Source: Chrysomallon squamiferum
Taxonomy: Eukaryota; Animalia; Mollusca
Direction of reading: 5' to 3'
Assembly (NCBI GenBank): GCA_012295275.1
Contig: CM022665.1
Location: forward strand, 1,798,001 to 1,862,000
DNA length: 64,000 bases
Positions within the stretch are counted from its first letter, which is position 1, and each line of letters starts with the position of its first letter. The notes beneath the pieces are model-generated. The model was not told where the DNA came from and did no database searches. It saw only the letters and a program-made list of their open reading frames with translations. Shown one piece after another: positions 44,601 to 57,800 of the stretch. Position numbers and translations under genes: made by a program.

Positions 44601-45675
44601 GTCTCAGTCTAGTCTTGATTACTTCTGTGTAACTTTTAAAATGACTGTTAAAATTAACTTTGAGTTTTGGGGTTAGTTCTAAATACAGTGCAAAAAATAT
44701 TACTCATGTTTTCTCACTGGTTATACTTTTTTCTATTTCTGGATTTTTCATGTTAAAATTCTCCAGCTGGTCTCAGACATACCTGAGAGTTCATAGAGCT
44801 ATGTGTGAATGTTCTTGTCTCACACACATCTTTCATCTTGTACATGCAGATGTTTCCATGTGTTAAAGAACACACATGATATTAGTCCAAGGACATGATA
44901 CAGACACTGGAACAAGCCAGCTATAGCTTGGTACTGACAACCTCAAGTCTACCTCTCTGTACCTTTCTGAATGGAACAAGTCATGCTACATCAAACATAA
45001 TTTGTCACAACTTTTATTTTCCTCATTGAACCATTGTGGCAGTTTTCAATTCCAAACAGTACACCATAAAAATGTTCTCAGAAATATGAGAATATATTAA
45101 TATTATTTGAATACATTATCAAAATTATAAAACTCAAAATAATCAAGATAACAGAAAATTCCATGGAGTATAAATTCTTAGCAGAACATATGAAGCAGAG
45201 CATTTTATATGTACTTCTTCACAGAGAAGAAAACACAGGCTTTGTTGCATTGTTTATGGGATGCTAGTTGGAATAGAAAATATTTAAAGGAATAGAGTTT
45301 ATATTTAAAAGAAAAATAATTAAAAAATAAGGAAAAAAGGAAATCCACAAATACCATCGAGAACAAAAAAACAAGGTAACATTATAAATTATGTGTTGTA
45401 GAAAAAGTGGAAGATGGCTGACAGAGTGTAATTTGTCAGAAGCTTGGCACTGATAAGCTGTGATATGTTCTTATGTTTGACACATTCCACCAAGTCAGAG
45501 GTTCATGATTGTTTTCACCTGAAAATAGCAAACTTTCTAATACTCAGTAACATTTCAAGTAATACGAAAAGTGATGTGTGTGAGAAAGAGAGATAGTTAC
45601 AGGAATATTTTGGAATTATCTTTTTATTATCACTAGTTTCATTGTTTATTTACAAAAAAAAAAGTGTTGTTGTTG

Positions 45676-45745
<70 letters not shown>

Positions 45746-46539
45746 GTGCACGTGTGTGTGGATGTAGATGTTGTAATGAATAAAAAATATAAAATGTATT
45801 CCATGATGTCTATCATCATTATCATCATCATCAGCTGTCTGTTTTTTGTGACTTCTTGTCTTCTCTGATGTTTGTAGATGTACAGATTCCTCACAGTCTG
45901 TGTAAATCTTAACAGCAAGCCTCAGTTTTCATTCAGTAAAGAAATAAATCAAAAGACAATCTATATTGGTAACTGGTCAGGTTATATGAAATAGAAATAT
46001 AAGATGGCTAAATTCAGTATTTAAAAATTAGTTATGTATTACTTTTCTTGTGTAAGATATACTAATAGTTTAATTCATCATTTAAAAAAAAATACATCAG
46101 TAGTATATATATATATATAGATGGCTGTTAAGATATGACAAACAGTAAATAAGAATTAAAACAGCACTATAACCAATAGTTCTCAGTAATAACACATAGA
46201 AACTGTTTTGTTGTTTCAGCTTTGTAAATGGGTTTCAGATTATTAAGTAGCTGTTGAAAACAGTATTTAATTATTAACATTATTACTATTACCTTATTGT
46301 TAGAAAGAAAGAAAAAAAAAAAAAGAACCTGAATTAATCTATTTATCCATTATTGAATTTAATACTGTTACTGTGTTGTGAGGACAAATACTATATATAG
46401 TAATGCAATGAAAGCCATAAACTCTGCACATAAACTTATTTTATTAGTGGAGAATGCAGCTGGTGCTCTTCAGTATACAAATACTTGTTAACAGTAAATG
46501 TGTAGCACGTGTGTATGTATGTATCCTTTTATTTGTACA

Positions 46540-46571
<32 letters not shown>

Positions 46572-47413
46572 CACACACACACATGCACACACACACACAT
46601 ACAGACATGCACATGTATTTTGTTTTCCCCGCCACATGCTTATAAAATTATAAGCATATGGCAAAAATATGTGTGTTCATGTTAGCATACAGGGGAACAA
46701 AGATTTACATCAGTTTATTTGAAGTCATGGAGTGTAAAAATAATCGTTCCATGCTTCATTACCTATAATTAGTCAAGAAGATATGTGGTCAAGATTAGTT
46801 TAAATCTCTGTATGAAATCTCAATGTGGGTTGATATTGAGTTGTACTGTTCTCTTTGTGTGGCTTTTACAATTTGGGGTTCTGTACGGTTTTCTTTCTTT
46901 CTTTTTCTGTTTTTACAAACTAGGGATCTGAATTTTTATCAGCTTTTATGTGCTAGAAGCTGAGGTTTGGATCTAAATTAGTTTAACTAAATATTTATTT
47001 TTATTCAGATTTGACAACCTGTCAGTTAACATTTACTAAATACCTTTTTCGATCTGCTTGTTTGTTTATTGCTTTGGGGTTTTTTTTTTTCATGATTTCA
47101 GTTTGTTTTTATTTATTTATTTATTTATTTTTACTCTTTTTTTATGTTGTTTCCTGACATTTGTTGATATTGATAAGACATTAGTGCTATGTCACATTTA
47201 TAACTGGAATGACTTCTGTTAATGGATTTCAAGGATGTAAAATTAAACAACACTTGTAACTTCTAAAACTAATAAATACATAGACATTTACATCATAGTT
47301 TGTTAAAAAGGCATATTTATACCAAATGTTATTAATTTAAAAAAGTGTGCTAAATACTGAATATATCATGTTGTATAAATAATTTATTTTATTTTTGTTT
47401 TGGTTATGTTTGA

Positions 47414-47509
<96 letters not shown>

Positions 47510-47971
47510 AATATTTGGATGTGGTTTAGCTTGAACAGTTCAGCCTCTCTCATTATGTAACTCACATTTCAGTGATCTGCACTTTGAAGGTTTATTTGAA
47601 AATCTGAGTTAACTATGTAAATGTGAACAAATAATATTACAAACATTTGTATTCGTAAATGTATAACTGTCCTCAGTAACTGAATATTGGCAGATAAAAT
47701 GTACACAAGTTGTTTGATAAAATTTAAATATGAGTCTAGTATTTAACTAAAGGGTTAATGAAATTATTTCTATTGTGATTTGTTTTTCATAACATATTTT
47801 TGTCCTTCTACATTTTAAATAAAATAATACGTTACCTTTTATTAGGAATTAATTGTAATTTATTAATCACATTCAGTTTAACCAAACTAGGAGTCTTGGT
47901 TTCTTCATGTTTTAATTTCATTATCATTATTAACAGTACTTTTGTACTTTATTTATTATTATTATAATTAT

Positions 47972-48002
<31 letters not shown>

Positions 48003-48008
48003 TTGTTA

Positions 48009-48041
<33 letters not shown>

Positions 48042-51000
48042 TTATTATTACTATTATTACTTTAAGAACCCACACACTGTTAAATTTGTGAATTGAGGAT
48101 TCTGTTGTGAGAAATCTGAGAACTGTCAACATGGTTCTGTTTTAACAGTTGGTTGCTGCTTTTGTTGAGTGTAAAACAAAACCCAACCATAACAAGAGAA
48201 TGACTTTAAACTCAGACATTGAAAACATACAAGAAATCAAATATTTTCAGAAGCACACATTAACAGTGTTAGTCAGTGGTGACATTCTGTGTAGTGTATC
48301 CACTGATAAAGACAGCATGGAAAACTGGCTTACAAAGTGTTCCTTCCATTTTACTTGTTATTAATCACAACTCAATGGTTTTTGTCATTTCCCATTAGTA
48401 ATTTTTTTTTTTCTGTTCTGAAGATTGACTATCATCAGTTTCATGTGGAAGAAAATTCAAACTTTGCCATCATACATAGTTCAGAGAAAGATAATAAATC
48501 TTAACAGAGTTTTAAAAATTGATATAAATCTTTTTTTACATCTTTAAAAATAATACAGTGGAAGCTTTTGTTTTATCTTCATTACTAAAGCTAAAAATAT
48601 GCAAGTGGCATTTATTTGAATTTAATGAAGGAGTAAGAAAGAGTAGCTTAATGCTGTTCTTACAATTGTCACTTCATTGTGTTATACGATATAAAATGTA
48701 TATCAGAATAGTCTAAAACATGAAAACATTATATTCTAATAACATCCAAATACTTTCTTACATTCATATTTATTTATGTATGTTAGGTTTTACAGAAATT
48801 GATAATAAACATTTTTTTCTAACAACACTGTATTTGTTAACAAAAGAGTATTATACTTATATTAATATTTTTAATATACTGTAGAATGTACCTTAATACA
48901 CAATGACATCTAATATTCAGTTTAAAGTTTGAAGTATGTATATCATGATGTCTATAAATATGAGCTACCAAGCACTGAAAAATTTATATTCAATTCCTTT
49001 TTCTTTTTCTTTTTTAATAAATTGTTGTATTATATTATTATTAAAGTACTTTTTTCTTTCATAAAATAAATTTGTTGATTTATATTTTCTGAAAAAATAC
49101 CTATACAAATGAGTTAAAGAAGTAGGTTTTCTCTTTCATTTTCAGTACATCCATAGCCTCATGTATGATGTCATGCTGTTATGGTTTATAAAAGTGTGGG
49201 TCATTAAACAAAACATACATTCCTTCCCTCATTAAACTGAGTATTTTCCTTACAAGGAAAGTCTGAATGACTGATATTTTAAATATTTTAGTTTCATATT
49301 AAAATGAAAGGTTCTGTTACTGTGTGTGTGTGTGTGTGTGGCAGGTTTCAGTGGTAGGTTGTAATCACAATTTGTTTGACACTTGATATGTGTCTCTTGA
49401 GATTTTGTTCACCTGCACTAACATTTTCTTTTTCTTTGTGAAAACACCAGGTTAAATAACTGCTTAAAACAGCATTTAAAGTCAGTGGTATTTAAACAAA
49501 GAAAAGTGTTATGTACACACATATCTTTGTGAGTGATAGCTTCTTTGTTTAACTTCAGGTTTCTGTTTGTTGTTTGTTCTCTGTAAATCCAAACTTATAA
49601 TGTTTTAAATTGTGTTTTCAATGATTGAAAAATGGGGTAAACTCTGTATGACTGCTGTAGAATTCATTATCAGTAAATATGCCTGTTACAAACACTTTAA
49701 ATGTGACAGATGAGTATCAAGATGTGCTATCAATCACTGTGTAATTTGTCACTGATACATTGCACATTACAGTAGACATAGGATACACATTCATAAAACT
49801 TTATTAAATTTAGATAAACTGATATAAAAATGTATGATGAAATTAAAGGAGAAATGAATATGACACTCTGACATCATTACAAAGATTAAATGTCTGACAT
49901 TGACATTTTCATAAAGGGTTGTAAAACTTTTCAAACTTACAGAAATGGAGGAACTTGAACACAGTTAAATATATCTTTGTTATGAAGGATATACATCACC
50001 AGCAGTGGTTGCTGGATCAGTTCTTTTTGTCATAACAATAAATTTATGTGCTTTCCTATCATTAGGAAGGTACAAAAATGGCAGTAGCAAATTTAATTTT
50101 TTATTTTTAATTTTTTTAATTTTTGTTTTGGTCTCATATTACTGTGACCAAAAATAATAAAAATTACAACTAATAAGTAGATGTACTAACACATGTGTGG
50201 AAATAAAAACATTTTTTATTCCCTTTGTAAGTCTTGACTTCACAGTTTCAAAGTGTTTTAACCAAATAATCGTCTGCTGTGAAACCTGATTAATACACCC
50301 ACTGGGCTATTTTATATTCCAGTCAGAACCCTTTGACTGTTCATCAAAGACATGTCTGTGTTTGAGATTTCCTGTCCACAGCAGATGCACATACAGTGCC
50401 CTTACTAGTAATCAATGCAAATTCTTGGTTACCCCTGTTAAATAATTAAATAATATTAAAATGTACAGAGTCCATTTTTCTTAAATTTGAAAACAGAAAT
50501 CCATTTCCACATGTTGTTAAACATCATTAACCAATCAAACTTATACAAAACCTGCTTGATTTTATATTTCATGTTTCTCATATAAACTGAACAGTTTTCT
50601 ATGATTAGGAATTTATAGCAACCTTTTTTTATTTTAATAGATATATTATAAACGACAACACTATCATTACATTTAAATATATCTTCAGTAATGTTTATCT
50701 TTGTATTTTTCAGGGATATCTGGAATATCTTGAAAATAATCCCAAGGTGAAGGTCAGTAAAGAAGATCTTAAATGTCTCTTTTCTAACATTCGGCAGATC
50801 TACGAGTTTGGAAGGTAATTTTATGACTCAGTTTTATTTAATTTTTAAAATTCATTTTCATTTTTTAATGTCAGTTTTATTATTATGTTTTTAACTTAAT
50901 TTTACTTGATATGTAAAATAATATCAGCAGTTTCAATGACATTTCTGCAATATTTTTTGTAATTTGTTTTAGAATTAAATCAAGTTAGTGTTATAAATAT

Positions 51001-51473
51001 TAAAAAGAAAGTATTTCAGTTAATCTATTTATTCAAATATTTGAGATATTTAAAGATTTTAAAAATAATGTATACATAAGCAATAGCAGTTCGAATGACA
51101 GATGTTAAGTTATTTCTGCAATATTTTAATTATGTATTTTTTTTAAATTAAATCAAGCAAAGAAAATTATTTCACCTTGATTTAATTGTTTAAATATTTA
51201 AGATTAATATGTAAATTTATAACTGAAAAATAACTCAAGCTTGATGAGCCTGCAAACTTTCTGGTGATATATAAAATTATTTAAAATGTAAAAATAAAAT
51301 TCTTTAACTTCCTGTTATAATATAATTGAGAAGGAAAATTAATCTCTGTATTAATTTAATTTATATTTATTTATTTATTTATTTTATTATTTTTTTTTTT
51401 AATAATGAATTTAGTAGGGATAAGTAAATAATTTGTTCAAAATGAACCTGGTTTGGATTTTATAGAGTATATG

Positions 51474-51509
<36 letters not shown>

Positions 51510-54500
51510 TTAATAAAGGTTGTTTCTATGGGAACTGGAACAATGTGACAGAGAGCCAGTGAGGGTAGCTGAGTGTTTTGTACGTAACAATGAGGGGTTT
51601 GTCATCTACACTGACTACTGTACAAATTACCCCAGGTACCATTTTTTTTTTTTATAATAATGATAATCATAATAAGAAGAAGACCCACAACAACAAAAAT
51701 ATTAAAACATGTAAATAGAAACAAATATTTAAATATATATACATATATAAAAGAAAACTGTTTTATTCAGTAAGTGTTAGAAAATTTATTTAAAATACTT
51801 TAATTTATATTATCTTTTTAAATTACTTAATTTATTTTATTTATTTATTTTAAAATAAGAAGAACCAGCTAACTTGAGAAATGTTTTGTAGAAAGTTCAT
51901 ATATTAGTTGGGAAATAAATGAATGGTTATTTGTTTTTACAACATCCAAAAATATCTGAATATTATCTGCTGCTGGGTGTTGGTTATTTTTAATTTACAA
52001 AGAAGACAGAAAGAGGAAACCTGCTCCTGTCATCAACAAAATATCTTGTACACTATCGAAGCCAAGTCTGCATATACCAGTTTCTTTGATAAATTAGTTT
52101 CTGGGACAATGGTTGGATTGGGAAATAAGCTGTTTCAGCAGCTAGCATGGCTAGTTCTGTGATTAACTGTGTGCTTGATATAACTGAGTGAAGAAGTGTT
52201 TTTGTATTATTTCCAGTGTGGGCAGCTGTCCAGTTTTCTCTGGTAAACATAATTGTTTGGTGACACATGGCTGACCATTTACTAACTGACCTGTCATTAC
52301 AAGACCATACTTAATGTAAACAAAACAAAACAATCTGAACTGACCAGCCTTACACATAACACTGAATTTTAAACTTGTTAATAAAATAAATGTTTGCATT
52401 TTTAATCTTTACATAATAAAATGAAATATTACCATTGTTGATAAAACACTTTTATTTTCATTGCAGTAATTAATACAATAATTAAAAGTATTATATTTTG
52501 TACCATATTATAAAAGTATGTATGTTTTCCTTCAAAGCAGACTTAAAAATATTTTTAACCATTAGTGGGTGTTCTCTCAATAAAACATAAATAATGATTA
52601 TCCTTTATAAAAACAGTTTATCATTAGTTTTAAAACATATATTTAAAAAAAAAAAAAAAAAAGATAGTTTATTTTCATTTAGGAACTGATTTAGTTTTCA
52701 GCTGTGTTATCTAAAATGTAGCTGATAAATGATAATTATAGCAAAAGATTATAAACTTATAAACAAAACAATAAAATAAATAACACTTATGAAAGTATTA
52801 AGGACTCAGTCTTTAAGGAATTTGCATCTGAAATTACAGCCTGGATTTTCAGTAATGTTTCAAAATGCTATAAAAATTGCATAAAATTCTCTTACTTGTT
52901 GATTTTAATTCTGATCTTTTCATACAGTTTTTCTCCCGTTTTATTTTTGATTATCTACCTGATATTTTTTCCACAAATTAATTATTATTCTCAGTTGTTT
53001 GGCTGTCATTACAGTTCCTCTAATTACACAATTTAATCAGTTACTAATTTGTGTTACAGTGCTGTGGAAGTTTTAACTCGGTTCATGACTGATCCACACT
53101 TGTCTGACGTCTTCAAAAACAGACAGTCCATCCTGGGACATGGACTTCCTCTTGGGGCTTATCTGCTGAAACCTGTCCAGAGAATACTAAAGTACCACCT
53201 TCTCCTTCAGGTTAGCTGCCAACTCCTCAGTGCTCCTGTGTAATAGCAAAACTAAGAGCTGACGTTTTAAAACATTGTAATAGAAGTAAATTAGTTACTG
53301 ACATTAATGTTGATACAAAGTTATAGTTGTACAGGTCACTAATGACTGAAGGTTTGTTCTGTAATCAAACCATTTCTAGTGTGAGAATATTTAAGGCACA
53401 TTATTATTTTATGACTAACAATACCAAAAAAAAAAAAAATAATAATAATCAGAATATTTCAAAACTGGTAGATTAATTTATGAGATGCATCAGAAAGTTT
53501 GTATTAAAGTTTTACGTATCCCTAAATAGTGAGTTTTTCATTTAATAATTTTTTGTAATTATTATTATTATTTTTTTTTTAATTTGTTTGTTTGTTCTCT
53601 CTGTTAGAATATTTTGAAGTTTTTTGACAAGGAGAAGCCAGGCTACAGTGTTCTGGACCAGGCATTCAAACACATGACTCAGATGGCTCACCACATCAAT
53701 GAGATGAAACGGAAACACGAGCACGCAGTGAGGATACAAGAGATTCAGAGTCAGCTGGAAGACTACGCAGGGAAAGATCTCACTTGTCTGGGGGAACTTG
53801 TACTGGAGGTTGGTCATCTTCTCTCCTTCATGTCTTCACCTCTTCTTCCTTCATTCCTTCGCCTTTTCATTTCTTTAGCTCTTCATTTCTTCTTTCTTCA
53901 TTCCTTTAGTATGCTTACTTGTTTTTTCTTGTGTTTCTTTGTTTTGTTCTTTCTTCTCTTCTTTATTTTATTTAATTCTCTTTTTTTTTTTTTTGCTTCT
54001 GATTTTATTTGATGCTTTATTTTTTATTTTATTTTTTTTTCTATCATATTTGAATTTATTCTTGAGCTAGTCCCCAACAATGTAAATATATTTATATATT
54101 ATATATTAATTTTTTGTGTTGTATGCTTTTTTGTTTCTTCTATATTAAACCAGTTATTTATAAAAATATGTTTAACTTCAGGGTTCATTTCGAGTGTATG
54201 GTGCAAAAGCATCAAGACAGGTTTTCTTGTTTGAGAAGGACATTCTGATCAGCAAGAAGAAAGAAGGAGGAATGCTGGGTTGTAAGGCACAAGTTCAGGT
54301 AAGTAACACCTGTATATACATGTCAGTGTTTAAAATACCCAGCCACAAATGTTGTACATTAATATAGGCATATTACAGTTTTGATATAGCTGTAACTTTC
54401 ACACTGCTGGACTGAATTCACACATAAACTGTTTTTATAATCCACCCTGAATGAAACATTTATAAACAGATTTTAAAAGATTCATGTTTAACCTTCACGG

Positions 54501-54814
54501 TAACTGGAATGCAGCATATTCAGACATTTAATACCACATTTATTAAAGTACATTTATTTATTTATTTAACTTTTATTTGGGTTATTATTATTTTTATTTA
54601 TATATTTTTGTTTTGTTTTATTTTTGCAGATGGCCAACTTGATGTTGGTGGAAATCATTCCAAACGAACCCCTCAGTTTTCACATCATTCCTTTTGACAA
54701 TCCAAGGGCTCAATACACACTTCAGGTGAGGAGTTGTGTCCCTTAAATAACTCTCCAGTAGCTTTACAGAAAAACTGAAGCAACCAGTTATAATCTTAGA
54801 ACAGTTTAAAATTA

Positions 54815-54868
<54 letters not shown>

Positions 54869-57800
54869 TTAGTGTTGTAGATATTAAAATGGGTAACTTA
54901 AAAAAGAAAAATTTTAGAAGATTTTTATTGTTAAAAACTTAAGTTTGTGCATAATTAAATTTAAATCTCTACATATTATTAATTTTTGTATTATTTTTAA
55001 ATATTTCTTGAAAGGCTCGAAACATGGAACAGAAGCGACGCTGGTGTCAGGAAATTAAACGTCTAATTCTGGAAACTTACAAAGGAAAAATTCCAGACAA
55101 TGTTAAAGACCTTGTGATGGAACTTGGTGCAAACCATGACGATGGTAAGTAAAACACGAAAGAAGAACAAAGAAATACGTTAAATAAATAAATAAGCATC
55201 TGTTTTTTCCAGAAACATTTGATATATATTACCTTAGAAGTAACTTATTCTGTGACATACGAGATAGGAATATAACTATTTTAGTAAAACAGGAATGTTT
55301 GTAAGATTTCATGAACAGAGCTTGGTATAACCTCTGCTTTTCTATGGCAAAAACTTACAATTTTAGAAATCTTAATTCAGAAAACAACAAAACAATCACA
55401 ATCAGTATGATATCAATAATTTTTTTTTTTTTTTTTTTGTTGTTGTTCAATTGAATAAATCATTAATTTTTAAAAAGGTAATTAATAATTTTTTATATTA
55501 TTATTTTTATACAGATTTTGTTAATAGTGAGAATCACGACCCAAGAAGACAACATCACACTGCTCCAGAATATCTGGAAAAAAGACGAATTCGGAGAAAG
55601 TCAGGAAGTAAAATGCCAGGTATTTCTTACAGTTACTCTTCTTTAATTTTCTGTACTGTACTATATTGTACTCCATACTGTACTGTATTGTGTTATTCCA
55701 TTCTGTACTCTTTGGTTCTGTACTGTACTGGATTATTATTCTGTATTGTTCTATACTCTTCTGTTCTTTACTGTAGAAAACTATTCTGTACAGTATTGTG
55801 CTATACTGTACTTTTCTGTTTAGTTCTATCCTCTTTTGCACTGTACAATATTATTGTTCTGCACTTTACTGTTCTGTTCTGTAATATATATATGTACCAG
55901 AATGTTTAATTCACATCTAGATTATGAAAGAATGAGAAATGTTATGGTTACAAATTAACCTGAATAAAGTGACAAGTTATGAACCATTAATATTTATAGA
56001 TTTTCCAAAACTTAGATGTTATTTTTGTTTTATTTCAGACTTTAGTTTGCTGAAACCCCAAAAAGCAAAGAGGTCCCCAAGAAAAGTAAGTTAATTTTTT
56101 AAATTTGATTTGATCTGTTTGTATTTGCTAGTATTTCATTATTTATAACAATAAATACTAAAACCAGCAAAACAATAATAATAATAATAATAACATACTA
56201 AATTATAATACAAAAACTGAAGGGAGATCAGTAATTAAAATTAATTTTTTTTTCTTTAAAATGAGTTAGAAAAAAAAAAGGCTCAAAAAATTAGTCAAAA
56301 TTCTATTTAAAAAAATACAATTTATCAACAGGCATTACATAGTTGTTATACAACAGTTTATTTTATTGCATCCCGGACATGAAATTTTGTTAAATTAATA
56401 ATTAAACAAAAATTTTGTTTTTGTTTTCAGCCTGAGGATAAGAGCCCAGTATGTGTACAGTTTTCTGTTTTTTTTCTAATTTTTATTAATTATTGTCAGT
56501 ACATTTCTCAAATGCCTTCAAACACTTTATTTAAATTCTTTGGAGAAATGGTTTAATCAGCTATCTTCAGATTAGTATTAATAATAATGTAAATAAGGTA
56601 AATATATTTTTAAAATTAAAATTAATAATTTGTTTTCTGTTTGATGAGTAATTAAAAAAAATAATTTATTTAGATTTTTAAGATCTTCATTTTGTGTTTT
56701 TGCAAGTTTTTATTATTTGCATTTTTATTATTATTTACAGGATCCATTAAGGCAGAGAAGATCAGCACCAACTCTACTCAAGAGAGAAAACTCACCAATT
56801 AAGTCAAAGGTTTGTTATATTTTTTCTTTTCAATATAATAAACGGATTATTTATAAATGTTTAAATACTTGTAATAAGTTAATAAAAAGAAAACTACCCT
56901 TTTATTATTATTATCAGTAAAACAAAATGGTTACATAGTAAATTTTTTGCTAGATAAATTGATTAGATATCACATATATTTGCATCATAAAGAACATGGA
57001 TTTTTTCCTTTATTTCTTAAAATTCCATTTAACCAAGTATGTTAAACTTTACTTTATCCTTGATATTATTTTTTATTTAAATGAATCTATTGAAATATTG
57101 AGGAATTTTGCTTTTGTTTCAGGCTAAATCAGAAACCTCTATCTCCAGCACATCAGAACGAGTATTAAATGAAACAGTTGAGAAAGAATTGTCTCCAGTG
57201 AAGCAGACAGTGCAGACAAAATCAAAATCTCAGACTCACCCGTCTCTTGCCACTACTGATGACATAAACCTCCGTCCTAATAAATCTCAGCAAGATCAAG
57301 CAGCAGAAAACATCAGAAGAGCACGAAGTTTCCGTAAAGCTACAAGAATGAGACCTGTAAATTCTCAAGACCTAACTGACTTGTCCAACAAATTTAACAT
57401 AACACAGAATAATGGAGTTTGTTCCGACTCTGAAAGTGACTTAGATGATCCTAATCTGACTAAAGATGGATTGAAGGAATACAGTGACTATGTGTTTGAC
57501 AGCCGATCGGATGTGTCTGATGATGAAAGGATAGACACTCAGGCTGAAGCGGAAATTGACCAGTACTGCAGTTTACCCGTCCTGCCTCATCAGCGCATTG
57601 TTCTTCCTTCACCAGAAATACATCTCAGTACTGTGCAGAATCAGGAATCAAAAAGTGATGAGAACATACTGCAGCAAAACAAATCAAACAGTCCAGTCTC
57701 TTGGAGAAACCAGAAACAAGTGTTGTCAGACAGCGATGTGACAAATCTCATAGAAAAGAGGCTTAACAGTTCTAATTTGACTCCAGATAACAAGAAGGTG

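Noticed and set aside
55620-55909. Cys/Tyr/Leu/Val-rich ORF continuation resembling a membrane protein
   Set aside because: Read-through into an intronic pentanucleotide repeat past the donor at 55619.
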